A stretch of 64,000 nt of DNA. Origin: Geosiphon pyriformis uo1. Lineage: Eukaryota > Fungi > Glomeromycota. The position numbers and the translations under genes were made by a program. The notes beneath the pieces were generated by a model. That model saw only the letters and a list, made by a program, of their open reading frames with translations, was not told the DNA's origin and ran no database searches. Below are positions 26,707 to 40,650 of this stretch, piece by piece (within the stretch, counting starts at the first letter, position 1; each line of letters begins with the position of its first letter). The stretch is taken from NCBI GenBank assembly GCA_016748015.1, contig JAAOMT010000289.1, positions 507,639 to 571,638 on the forward strand. The letters are read 5' to 3'.

Positions 26707-29200
26707 CTTTTTATTATTTTTTTGAAAAATTTAATTAATAAATAATAATTTTATTTAATAAATAATACAAATAAGTTTTTTAATACTTTAGATTATGATA
26801 ATCTAGATTTTAATATTTTTTTTATTTCTTTTTGATTAAAAATTTTTGTGAATATTTATTTTAAAAATAAAGACTAGAAAATAATTAAAATAAAAGTATT
26901 AAATAAATTAATAAATTGTTATTTTTCTTAATATTAAAGCTATTATATATACATATATTTATAGTTTTACAAGAAACACATTGTAATATTTTTTTGATAT
27001 TTTAAATTAGTGTTTGCTATTATTATCAATTGGTATTAGCCATTATTGTAAGCTAATGTTTGCTATTATCACAAAATAGTATTTATTATTATGTTAATTA
27101 TTATTTTTTTAAGATTATTATTATACTATATTATAATTAAATAATTTATATTATTTTATGATTTTTTTGCTAAATTCTTGAATTGTAACAACTCATTATT
27201 TTTTAATTTTTGTAAAGTATATTAAATAAATATTTAATATTAAATTTTAAAAATGTTAATATAAAATATAAAATTATATTAGTATATTATTTTTTATTAA
27301 TAATATAAATTATTTTTTTACTTTTAAATTTTCTTAATACTTTTTAAAAAAATAGCAACTAAAATATTTATAAAATTAATCTTAAATGTTAAATTTTTAC
27401 TAATTTAATTTATTTATTAAAAATTAAATTATTTTTTTATTAATTTTATTATTATATAATATTGTTTTTATTTGTTATTTATTAACATATTATATTTAAT
27501 TATAATATAAATTAAAAAATAAATTCAAAACCAAAAATTTTTTTAACAAAAACAAAATTTAAACAAATTTTTTTGGTTATATTAATTTTATAAATTAAAA
27601 TAATATTAAGCAAAAAAAAATTAATATTAAAAATTAAAAATCTTATTTATTAATAAAAAAATTTTTTTTCGTATTTAATCTAAAACTTAAAATTAAATAA
27701 TTGAATTAGATTTTTATAAGTTTTTATAAAACTATAAATCAAATTAACAATTATTATAGAAGCAATATTAACTTAATTTAACTTAATATTTTAAATATTA
27801 ACAAATTTATAAAAAAAAATTATAATATCAAACTTAACAAATTATATACTACTAATAATAAAAAGTAATTTAAATAAATAAATTTTTTTTTGTTTAATAA
27901 TTAACTTATAAACATAATTTAAAGATTTTATTATTTTAACATAAAATTTTTTACTAATAATAATAAACATCAAAATATTATTATAAAAACAAATAAATAT
28001 TAATAATAAATTAAAAAATTATTTATTATATTTGTTAAAAAACTGTTTATAGAATTACTAAAAAGTTTATAAAATTATATAATAAATAATATAATATCTA
28101 TTTATAAATATAAAAATTTAAAAATTTATAATTAAAAAATTTTTAAAAAATTCTATTAATATTTAAAAATAATTAAGTTATAAAGCAAAAAATTGTGTAA
28201 TATATTATTAAAAATAGTTTTAAATAAATAAAACTTAAATTTTAAAATTTTTTTAATTAATTATTCTATTTTTTGTAAATTTTTTTGAAAATAAAATTTA
28301 TTTGTATAATATACAATAATTAGTTATAAAATTACAACAAATAAATAGTAAAACTGTTTATTAAAACTACTTTTTTAATTATTTTATTAACACAAAACCT
28401 GAAATTAAAATCAGTTTTTTTTAAATTAAATATTAATTTTTTAAAATTTTATAACTAAAATAAACAGTTTATTTATCTTTAAAAATATATTTTTAACTTT
28501 TTAATTAATAAAAATTGTCACAATTTTATTATTATTTATAAATATGTTATTAATTTTAAAAAAATTATAATATTTAAATATTTTTATATAATAATTCAAT
28601 TATTGTAAACTTAAATAATATTACTTATAAAATTAGTAATTAGAAAATAAAATATAATAATAACTTTTAATTTTATTTTACCAATATAAATAACCAATTT
28701 AAACATAATTTAATATTCAAAATACTTTTTAATTTTTTATTTTACACAAAAAAGTAAAACACTTTTTTTAATTTAATTTAATATAAACTTGGTATTTATT
28801 TGTAAATACAAAATTAATTCTAATTTTATTAATATAAATATAATCAAAACTTAATAAAACTTTTATATATTTTGATTTTTTATAAGCTTTTTTAGTTAAT
28901 TTTAGTTTATTATATTTATATCTTATAAAACAAAACAAATTTCTTAATTTAAAATATAAAAATTAGGCAAAAATATATAAAAAACCTTTTTTAAAATATT
29001 TTTAATTATAAAATTAATAACAAAATAAAAATTCAAAGCAAAATATTCTTTAAAACCAAAAAATTATTCTTTTATTTATAAAACTTAAAAATTATAAAAA
29101 TATAAATATTTTTATACAAGTTAAATACTTATTTAAAAATTTAAAAATAAATTTAACATAAATTAACTATAATATTTTTAAAACTTATTAAGTATTTTAA
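26707..29200. mobile_element. Extremely AT-rich block, probably terminally degraded transposon relics
   Basis: Only 12 G+C bases in 27841-28020; no ORFs; lies between recognisable LINE copies. Family not assignable by eye. Confidence 0.45.
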
Positions 29201-29264
29201 ACAACTTAATAATTTTGTTTTTAAATAAAATCTTATTTATAACATAAATAACAGTAAAAATATA

Positions 29265-31540
29265 AAACTCTTTGTTTTCTTAATTTTATGACCATAACCA
29301 AAGCAAAGAATAAAAAAACTGTATCTAATATCTTTCCTGAGATATCAAATAAGATTTCAATCAGAAAAGCTCTTTCTGTTGTAAAGACAACTAGACAAAA
29401 CGTTTTAAAAGTCTTTTTTTTACCCAGTAATCGTGAAAAGCTGCCTTTGGTGGCTACTGAAGCAACTTTTTCATCTTTGGCTGGTTTTTTGCCAATTAAA
29501 GTTCTCTCAAAAAAACACACTTGGATTAGTCTCAGTATTGTTTCCATTCCAACTAAGAGCCCAAAAGTTTTTAATAATAGACTTGTAAACAAGTTGGTTT
29601 TTTTTTTCTTGTTTCAATATCTAGTGCTGCTAGCACCACCTCTTCAAAAAATGATCAAAAAGACCAAAAGTTCAGAAAAGTGGAAACAGTTACTTGTCTC
29701 TGCTATTGTTATACTGAACTCCTTTGTGGTTCTCAATGAGATCTTAAGTGAGATCTCCATAGCATTATCTAGCATATCATTCAAGATGGGCCAAGATCAA
29801 CTACTGGCTGTGTTGCTTAATATGTGTGTTTTGTGGTAGATTATTACCAGTTTTAGAAGTAAAACAATCATTTTCTGTAGTGTCACCTGTTCTTGAGAAC
29901 TGCGCTGACCAAATAGAAACTGAATCATCTCCTCTTCTGATTCTTGATACTGTTACTAATGGTGCTTGGGAAACTATTACTAGTTGTTAAAGATTTGCTG
30001 AGTGGGTGGCCTCCACTCTGGTGCCTAATGCTACTTTTAAGATCAAATTGGCTTATGTCAAGGTTGTTTTTTAGTCTATACATAGTTTCTTGGATGTTAA
30101 ATCAGTATCAAAAAACAATATAAAGCTGTTTTATGTGAAGTTTGCTTTCCAAAATTTTTTGAATGCTGTATTTTTAGTTAAGTTTACAAGCTCTGTTTAC
30201 CTTACCACTTTTAAAATTGTCAAGTCTTTGGTGGTTTTTGAATCTGGCTCCCCTTCTGCTGTTATTGCATTGTGTGATGTGCCTTTAGATGCATCTGCTA
30301 CTGACATTAAAATAGCTCTTAGTGTTTTTGGTAAAATTTCTTGTATTTAGTCAAGATCTGCTGGTATTTGGCAATATGTTGTTGTTACTTTAAGAATTTG
30401 GATGCTGCCACATCTGCTCTTAATTACTAGTCAGTTTTGGTGGACAAAAATAGTGTTCGGATCTTTTCTTTTGTAAATCAACAGGAAACAATTATGTTTT
30501 GTGATAGATTTAAGACCAAATTGATTAATTTTCCTCCTGGTTACACTGTCTTTGAGATCAGTAATATGGTTTCTCAGGTTGGTAGTTGGACATGTTTTAT
30601 TCCCCATTCTTCTGAGTTTGGTTATTATTTTTGGTTTGCTCTGATTACATTTGATTCTCAAATTGATTTGAATGTTGCAATACTAAAAGTTAGTACACTA
30701 AAAAAATGCCATATCTGGTGGAAAACTTCTGGTTGCTGGCATTGTTTTCAGTGTCAAGAGATAGGCCACTTGGCTGTGAATTGCAAGGTTGCTTACTTTC
30801 TCTTTCTAAGGCTTTCAAGATGTTTAAACCATATTTTGTTAGTTTTCTGTCTTATGCAAAGACATCTGTTTTCTCTATTCTTTTTGAGTTTCCTTTTTTG
30901 ATGGCTTCTGCTTTTTCTGTAGCTGTTAAAAATTCTTTGGTGTCTTCTTGGCTAGCATCTCTGGAATCTAATTTGGCCAAGCTTTCTGTTTTGGTTAAAT
31001 CTATTGTTAAGCCTGTTGGCTCTATGGTCAAAGTTTTTGAACAATTTGTTAATGGTAATCTGGTTTCAAGTTCTGCTCTTGGCCTTAGGGTCAATGAAGT
31101 TTTGGTTTACATAGTACTTTTAGTAGAGTTATTGGTAAGTTGGAATGAGAAATAATTACTCTGAAAACTGAATATGGTTTTGAGAATATTGATATGTCTG
31201 GTTCTTATGTAAGTTTGTCATCTTTTAATGATGATATGTTTTCTAATTTAATATTTCTTTGGGAACATAAATCTGCTGCTGTAAAGACTAATGTCTTCAA
31301 AATGGCTAAGTGGTTGGTTGATTTGGTTAATAATAGTGCCACATTATTTAAGATTGTTCAAAGGATGTCTTTTTTGGGTAAGTTTTCTTTTGAAGTATCA
31401 ATATAGTGTAGCTTGAACTGACTCAAGTAGCTAATTATATATAGTAAATACATAAATCATATTTAGCTTTAGATTACTTAGTTTGGTCCTAATTTCTAGA
31501 TAATGGTTGAGCCATACTCATTAAATTTATAATAAAAAAA
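29265..31540 (+). mobile_element. ORF1-only non-autonomous LINE derivative (HAL1-like), degenerate
   Basis: One broken ORF 29288-31406 with RRM-like segments (ALSVFGKIS...GIWQYVVV) and a knuckle CFQCQEIGHLAVNC. Its stop is followed directly by the family 3'-UTR (TAGtgtag...) and A-tail; no ORF2. Confidence 0.8.
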
Positions 31541-32454
31541 ATATTTATAACATAAAATTATTTTTAATATTAAAAAAAAAATTAAAAAAATTAAATATTT
31601 AACATAAAAACAAATATTTATGCTTTTATATTTACTTTATTATAATTTATTAACTTCTAATTGAATTTTAACAAAATTCAAAATAATACTATTATTTATA
31701 ACCAAATAATTAATATTTTTTTTAAAATTTTTAAAATATTATTAAATATTATAATTTTTATTAATAATAAAAACATTTATATATTTGTTAATAGTATTTT
31801 TAATTTTAAGATTATTAGTAAATTTGGTTTTAAGCTTAAAAAATTGATAAAATTTTTTACCAAAATTAAAAAACCAAAATAGTTTTTTTAACCCAATTTT
31901 TGTCTTTTTAAATATTTAATAAAACATTTATTCTTAATATATTACCAAATAAAATTGATTTTAATAGCTTAAAAATCAAAAACTTTAAATTATAAAACAC
32001 AAAAAATATTTTATTTTATATAATAATTAAATTTTATAAATTTGATTTAAAAAAATTTTGTTAACTTATTTTAACAAATTTTATGTTATAAAATTTTTTT
32101 TATATTTATAATCTTTAAATTAACTAAAAAAAAATTTAGAATTTAATTTTAATTTATATTAGTTTTATTTAAATTAAATTTTTAATAATTTTATTATTAT
32201 TATTAATTATTAATTTATATTAATAATTTTTAGATTATTATAATTTTTTTGTATTTAATTTAGATCAATAATTAAAATATGTTATATTTTTTTGTTGTAA
32301 TTAAATTAATTATTATTATTAACTAATATTTTTAATTAAATTTGATAATATAAATTTTTTTACATAATTTTTATAATATGTATTGTAATTTTTTGTATAA
32401 TTATAATAAAATTAAAAATTATAATTAATATTATTACAGAATTAACAATTAAAT

Positions 32455-35400
32455 AAAAAAAACTTTTTTCTTTTCTGTATTTTAAATTCCTTAAAAAGCA
32501 AATTTTGAAAAAGAAGTTTTTTATTTTTTTTTGTTATTTTTTTGTAAACATTTTTCAAACAAATAATTTTTTTATAGTAAATTTGATGATTACTTTAGGT
32601 AGCAATATATATCTAAAAAAAAATTGTTTAAAAGAATTCTTTATGGTTTTATTAGAGATTTTTTTTCCCAAAAAAAAAAGGTATTTGTAAGTAACATTAA
32701 GTATTTTGTTAATAAAAAAAAAATTTCTTTAGTCTAACTTAATATTAATAATAATATATACTCATATATAAACAGTAAATCTGATATTAATAGTGGCTTT
32801 TTTTTTGGCTTGGCAGCAAATACTTTTAAAGTTAAAAAGATAAATACTAATCTGGTTTGTGGTTTTTCTATTAGTTCAATTGATTATAAAATAGATAAAA
32901 ATAAAAGACTTCTTCCTTTTTTTCTTAATATTTCTTTGGAAAAATGTAGATAAATCTTAAGATTATGAAAACTCAAATAGAAATACATATTAAGAAATTT
33001 TTTGCTTTAGATATTAATTTTTTAACTATTAATAGAAAGTTAACAATAATAAAAACTCAAATAATTAAGAAACTTTTTTTAACAATTAATGGTTTTAAAA
33101 AGACTACTATCTCTTCAAAATTTGAAAAGATTATTAAATTAATATTTGTTTCAGAAGAGAGTATAAATAAGATTGCATCATTGATTAAGAAGAAAAAAAT
33201 CAAAGTAAACAACAATTTTAAAAGACAAGAAGTGTATTCAAATTAATCTGTAATAATCAAAAAAATTCTTATAGATATACCAAAAAAATTAATTGTTGCT
33301 GCAGTATCTAAATTTGGTCAAATTGTGTTAATTTATTTATAACTAATTAAACTGTGACAAAAAGCTGTGATGAAATTTGTTAAATCAAGTCAAGCTAATC
33401 TGTTAGCATCAAAGTAATTATTTCTAATTAAGAAATATTCAGTATATGTGACAAAAACTGTAAAAAATCATAATACTTAAATGTTTAAAAATCAATTTAG
33501 GACTCTTTTGTTTATTTTTTTCATGAAAACAACTGCTTATAATTTTAGTGCTTTATTAGAAAAAACCAGTAAAAAACTTGCATTATAAATTAATTATTTG
33601 AAACTAATAACAGAGTTCACTATATTGTAATTGGTTTTGAATCAGATAAAAAACTAGAATTTGTCTTTTATATAAAGCTAATTTTTAGTGATATAAAACT
33701 CTTTTAAACTAGAATGGATGTGGTTCAATATAAAAAATATGACTATTTTGGTTATTTTGCTTTGAAATGTGGTGTTTCTAATTTCCCTACTTTTTTATTT
33801 TTGAAAGTATTTAAAAAGTTTGTTTCAGATAAAAATTATTTTTAGCTAATCAAGTTATATGCCAAAAAAACGTTTCTATCTTTTGTTTTGCTGTTTTTGG
33901 TAGCAAGTTTGGGCTTAAATAGTTTTGGCAGCTTTTGTTCCAACAATTTGCTTTTTGGTTTTGGTTTTGGTTCTTTTTTTTTTAGTACTTCTAATCTTAA
34001 TAGAAATTTTTCTTCTATCTTATTAAATGACTCTTCTTTAAATACATGTTTGGTTTCTTTGAAATGCTTTTTAGAGCTTTTGATAAATCAAATATTTAGT
34101 ATTATGTGAAAATTAAGCTTTATAGACTTGGTATTTTTAACATATATTTCTTAATTCCCTTTTTTTAATGTGTTTATATTTTTGAATTTGAATTTGGATT
34201 TAAATATGATTTTGAATAATATATTTGTATTGTCTGTTTTCTTTTCTTTAATTGTAAATAATAAGACATTAAATTTGGGTTTAAGTAGATTGAAAATTTT
34301 GACTATTAAAATGAGTGGCTTGAAAACAAAAATAATTGTTCTTGAGATTTCTGTTAATTTGGTTTTAATATAATTAGATCAATTGTGCTTTGGCTTGGGC
34401 TTTTTAATACTGTTACCAAAAGATTTTCACACTTTTCAATGCAAAAATTACAACACATACAATGGAAATTAACATCAAAATCATGTGAAAAAGACCTATA
34501 TTATCGCACTTAATCAACAAAATCAGCCAGCAATCTGAAAATAAATGATCAGCAATCAATTCAATTACAACAAAGAAATATGGCACAATCCAACAGTTTA
34601 ATTAAGTTGGATACAAAGAAATCTTGGCAAACTAAGAAACACCAATGGAAATGAATGATTGATGTATGTAATCAGATAACAACAGATTTTGTTATGCTCC
34701 AAAATTCTTATACACTCTTATTAGAACAATTTAACATTCCAGATCTGCAATTAATGGTTAAAAATAGTTACCAAAAAATGTAATCAATTAATCTACTTCT
34801 GATTACATTGATCATAATCACAATTGGTATCATTGATTTACAATTAATGTTCTAAATCCAGCTATCTAAATCTGATCATCTAAAAATCATTAACTCTGAG
34901 AAATAACATGCTGAGTAAGCTTATTATAAATTGATTAAATTAAAATGTATAAATAATTGATGTATCTTAAATAGTTTTAATATAGTATGTAGATCTGATG
35001 TAATTTAGCTATATATACAGTCTCTTTGTCAACTCAGGAAAGCATCAGTTCAATACTAAGCCAACTCTTTGCTATAGTTTTATAGTGAGCAGTTAGTTCT
35101 TTTCTCTACTCTTACACTCTCTTTTCCTTTTTCTATGCTCTAAATACTTGTCATTACAATCTCAAGTATGTCTTTCTATATTTCTTATCATTATTTGAAA
35201 TCACATTATTTATAACTTCTTACTTACTTGTTAACAAAAATTATCAAGTTTTTTATTACTTCTGATCTTTCAAATCATGTGTTATCACCATTTTACATTA
35301 AGTTTTGTTTCACCAAACAAGTTGTTATATATTAAAATAAGTAATAAAGTATTACATTGTTAGAGAGTAGTCTCAACAATAAAAAGTTTAAGCAAAATTT

Positions 35401-38400
35401 ATTTCAGTTATGTTCGACTTTTATAATTCCTTTTATAATTCCTATAACTTCATTTTCAAAGTGGGCATTTGAATACCACACCCTTTTGACAACTAATTAA
35501 AAAATTTTTGGTTATGTATTTCTTTGAGTAATTGGTTTCACTCCTTGTTACTGGTTGTGCTTCAGATACTTATAAAGAGATGAGACTTCTCTTTTTCTCT
35601 TTTCAAATACCTAAGACTAGTTTTTGTCCAAAAACAAATAATAATGACAATACTTTCTTTCACTTTTAATGACATTATTACGTACTCTTTTCTGCTTTCC
35701 CATTTACTAAAATAGTTCATACACCCATGATATGTTATAGTCAATGGCATAATCATAGTAATGTGTGTTACCAGTTGAGCTAAAAAATGTTCTCTAATAC
35801 TGACAAAAACCACTGGTAACAATGCTTTTATTATCTTAATAAATAACTTAGTATGGAAATTTGCTATATGTAATATTTAGAATATTAATGTTTTTATGAA
35901 GTAAAAAAACATTATTTATTAACATATAGGTTTAGATAATATAGTTTTTATTGTTACAGAAACAAAGTTAAGATCTAATATTAGATCATAAATTATAAAC
36001 AAGTTTAATAAAGTGTGAATTTTTACAACTGGTTTGAATAAGAGTTTTCTTAGTACTAAAATAGCTGTTATTATAAACAATTCTTTAGCTTAATATGTCT
36101 TTAAAATGAAAAAAGTTTTTGATTATGTTATTTTAATAAAGCTTTTCTTTAAAAATAAAATTTTGGCTATGATTTTAGGTTTATATACTGGTATTTCTGT
36201 AAAAACAAAATTTGGCCAAGTGTTTAAAGTTAAATTTTTCATTGCCAAAACAATTAACTTCAGCACTTTTATGATATTGGGTGGAGATTTTAATAAAAAT
36301 AGTTCTAAAAAAAGTGTGAATTTTAAGTTTTATTTGAATTTGAGTTTAGTTAACTTATTTAATAAATACCTATTAGCCAAAACTTCTACTTAGAGCAATT
36401 CTAAGAATAATAAAAAGGTCATAGATTTTATTTTTGTAAATCAAAATCTGGGATCTGCAGTTATTAGTTATAAGATTGATATTTTTGCTGATTTTTTTGA
36501 CATTAATTATAAAACTGTTTCAATTGTAATTGGTTTGGGTGATTTTTTAAACATTTATCTTAATAGTGTTTATAAATAGGCTAATAGAAATAAATAAAAG
36601 TTCAAAATCAAAGATGCTAAAATTGCTAAGTAGTTATATTTTAAATTCTTGAATAAAGTGATTGGGTTTAATAATACAAGAGATTATAATAATTTAGATA
36701 CAATATAAATGATTTTAAGGGAAATGATAATGAGTTTTGTTGATAAAGTGTTTTTTAAATTTTGGCTTAGTAATTTTAAGTGCTTATAAAACAAGCAATC
36801 ATCTAAGTTTTTTAAGCTAAAGCTATTGATAACCAAGATTGTAAAGAATTTAAACTTGAATCAAGGTTTAGAAACTAATTGTCTTATTAATATTTGGACT
36901 ACTATTAATAAAAAAAAAACTTTTAAGATAAACATTTTGGTAAATAGTAATAAAAAATTGGAAAAAATTTTGTACTATTTGTTAAGAATCAAAAAAAAAT
37001 TGCAAATCCAAGTATTATGAATTCAAAGTTGTTAAAGATAATTATATCAAAAAAATAATAGAAAAGTGCATGGAAAATTTTTATTCTAATAAAAGATACA
37101 TAATTAAAAGTATTTTAAAATAACTGTTTTAGAAGATAATACTTAATTATTTAATAGTGAATGACAATCTAGTTCTGAAATTTTATGAGATCAAGTTTAT
37201 AGTCAATACTATTATAAAAAAATAAACAAAAAAATATGTAGTACCTAGTATTTGGTCTAATTAATAATCTAATCAATATGTTTTCTTAGACTATATCAAT
37301 AACTGTGCATTTTCAAAAATTATATATGATATTAAATTTAATAAATTTCTGCAAATAATCAAAGATCTGTTTAATAGAAAAACTGCTGGTTTTTTTGGTA
37401 TTTTTAATAAGCTCTACAAACATAGTAATAAACAGATTTTAAAAGATTTATTAGACATTTTCAATATGTATTTGGTATTAAGTGCAGTTTTTATACAATA
37501 AAAAAAGATTTAAGTTTTTATAATACCAAAATTATATAACTAAAAAGGGATTTTTATAAATACCAAACCAATAGTCTTAATTGAAACAACTTATAAAATC
37601 TTATCTAAAATTTTTTCAGATAGAATTTTTTGGCATATAGTGGGTTTAATGTCTTATATAGTGATAATTTTTTAGTTTTGAAAAGAACATAAATTTAGAT
37701 TCCAATTTTTGTTATTGGTTTTATGATTGAAAATGCATTAAAAAAAAGCAGAAAATTATGGCTGGTTTTTCAAAATATGTGTAAAACATATGATTTTGTT
37801 GAGTAATACTATTTGTAAAACAGTCTAATTAGAATTAAAATATGTTTCTATTTTATTAAGTTTTTTGGAAGCATTCACAATAATAGAATTAATTTGATAA
37901 TAACAGATTTTGGGATTACAAAAAAATATATTATACACAATAGTTTGGATTAAAAAGATGTTTTCTTACTACTGCTGTAGAGAATTTTTTATGATTCTTT
38001 GTTTTGTGAAGTTAAAAAACATAACAGTTTGTTTGGTTATAGATTAGATTCGAAATTTATCACAATGATTGACAAGCAGAATTTTAAAAGTGGCAAGATA
38101 TCTTTTCTGACAACAAGAGTTTTTATGAATAATACAATCTAAATTAGGAATGATATGTTTGCTATTCAATGTATTTTAAATATTGTTAGTAAAATTTTCA
38201 AAATTAATGACATTTTAATCAATATTGAAAAGACAATTGCCATACTTATCAATTAAAAAATAAAAGTTTTTATTTGTTAATAAATAGATCTGATATTTTG
38301 ATAGCAAAAAAAAGTAAATCTTATAAATACTTGGATATTTTTTTGTTCACAGATGGTCTTTCTAAACCAAGTTTTGCCAAGACTTATTCAAATATTAAAT

Positions 38401-40650
38401 TTTTCATGAATCTGGTTTTGAAAAAGATTGTTTTAGACAAGCAATTTTTGTACCTGATGTCTGCAGTTTTCCAGCCTATTATTAATTATAGACTATAATT
38501 TAGTTATATAATAATAAATATATATAAAAAATAGGACAAAATACTGAGAAATAAGTTAAAGCTTAAAGCCAATTTGCCTAAAAACTTTTCTAATGAAGTT
38601 ATTTTTCATCTTAAATTATATGGTCTCAAGTCTTTTAGACAAATACAGACTGAAAATTTAGCAGCTAATTTGGTTATTTTTGCTAATTTAGGAAGAAAGA
38701 AAAAGAAAAAAGAAGAAAAGAAGAATTTTCAGCAGATTATTCAAACATAGAATTATAGATTTACAGGCTGTTAGTTAAATGCTCTAACATCCTTTCAGTT
38801 TTCTGGTTATGTTGTTAATTAATCTAATAAACTGCTTTTTAACAGATAGAATTAATATTTTAGTGTTATGCAGTTTGTCTTTACAGAATAATCTCTTAAA
38901 TGTTTTTATATTAGTAATAATATTGCTGTTGTTAATATTCTGGATTTGGATTGTTATATTAATATGGTAAAATCCTTGAAGAAGTTAAGCATTGCTTTTG
39001 TTAACCAACTTTTGAACTATTATGAAGTTTGCTTTACATAAAACATGTTTTGTAAGTAAAAAAACTTGATCTTAAAGATACTGTTTTTGGTTGGTTTAGT
39101 TTATTTGTTATGTTTATTAAGAAAAATAGTCTGGTCAGCTGCAGTTTTCTAGCTTTTTATCTTATATCTGTTTAATTTTGAATTTGTTAAGAAGTATTTT
39201 TTAAAGAATAAAGCAGAAAAAATTGTTGTTTATATAAATAGTTTAATTAAGAATATTGGTTTTGTAGGTGTTTATGATAGTATGACTATATATTTTTCAA
39301 ATATTAAAACAAGTATTAGAATTAAAGTAAGTGGCTTGCATTTTTTAACTCTGATAGAACTACAGATTATTGCACTTGTGCTGAAATACATTTTTATATT
39401 TAACTTGGTTGTATTATTTACAGATAGTTAAGTGTTTTTGAATGTTTGTACTTTGAATAAAAAATGCATTAGGCCTGATTTTCATGATAAATACTAAATT
39501 GAAAAAGAACATATTTGTCAAAATATTGTGTTAAAAAATTTTTTAATCAATTAAAATAAAGTTAAAAGTTATTTTAGAATTATTAATAATAAATACACAG
39601 ACTTTTTTGCTAATGTTATTACTATGTTTGGTTTTATAATGTCTGTTTAGATGTTATACTGTTTTTTTGCCATTAAAAAAAAATCTGTTTTTGAAAATAT
39701 CTGTTATTTTATTAAGCAGTTATTTAAGACTATTGGTTTTGTTAGCTAGAAATCCAAATATGCTGATAATACTGTAGATATAACACTTTGTAATCTTTTT
39801 AATATGTATAGAATTTTTAACATGTAGTATTTTAATAGTTATATTAGATCTGGTTTTACTAATTCTGCTTTTACATCATTTTAATTTTACTTTATAAAAA
39901 TTTTATACCACTATTTGTCTATAATTAAGAGAAAAAAACTGTATAATTTAAATTATTTTAGCATATTATGTATCTAATATAGACTAATTAAGGATTTTAA
40001 TTATATATTTTTATATATTTATAACAATTGTGCTAAAAAAAATTTAATCTTAAACATTATTCAAAAGTAAATTAATTTGTTAAGTATTTGTGCTGCTAAT
40101 TGTGAAGTGATTTAATTCTTGTATAAGACTAAATCTTCTGATTGCTTATATATATTGCTGGTTAAAAGTTTTATATTGAAGAAATAAGTGATTAAGACAG
40201 TATACTTGTTAAGTACTGGATCTAATAATAATACAATGATCATTAATTTGATTTGGAGTTTTGTTAAGAGTTATAAAGCTGCTATTTGGTTATTAAACAC
40301 ATAACTAAAAACATATTATAAAAAGTATAGTTTTTTGTTTTATAATAAATTGGTTATTCCATCTATTTTAAAGTTATTATCTTTGTAGACTCTTAAAATG
40401 ATTCATAATTTTGGTATTAAATTAGATATATATGTTTGTTTTAGATTAACTCTCTTTTGACTAATTTGTATTTTGGTTTTATGTAAAATTTTCTTGTAGT
40501 AAATAGTGTAAGTATGTAATATTGTCTTTATTAGTTTAAATAGTTGGTTATATAAAAAAAAAGCATAAATCATATTTAATTTAGTATTTTCTTTAATTGT
40601 ATGTTTTTAAGTAATAGTTAGACTGTATTCATAAAACTTAATAAAAAAAA
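32455..40650 (+). mobile_element. Full-length dead LINE, copy 3 (more heavily mutated), interrupted by a solo LTR
   Basis: 5' motif aaaaacttttttc; ORF1 remnants (KKFFALDINF, KKLFLTINGF); APE (ILGGDFN); RT (KPIVLIET, VFQNMCKTYDFV, FMNNT); YKYLDIFL; RNase H decayed to YINS; family 3'-UTR and A-tail at about 40520-40650. Confidence 0.92.
34411..35821. mobile_element. Solo LTR (1411 bp) nested at the end of ORF1 of LINE copy 3
   Basis: Perfect 8-bp terminal inverted repeat TGTTACCA...TGGTAACA and 4-bp TSD ATAC/ATGC. Excision restores GLGFLMLLLS. Confidence 0.88.

Noticed and set aside
31661-31882. I/K/N/F-rich ORFs in AT-rich blocks, resembling organellar or endosymbiont genes
   Set aside because: Compositional artefacts of hypermutated repeats; no mitochondrial or bacterial gene motifs, and neighbouring sequence aligns to the LINE family.
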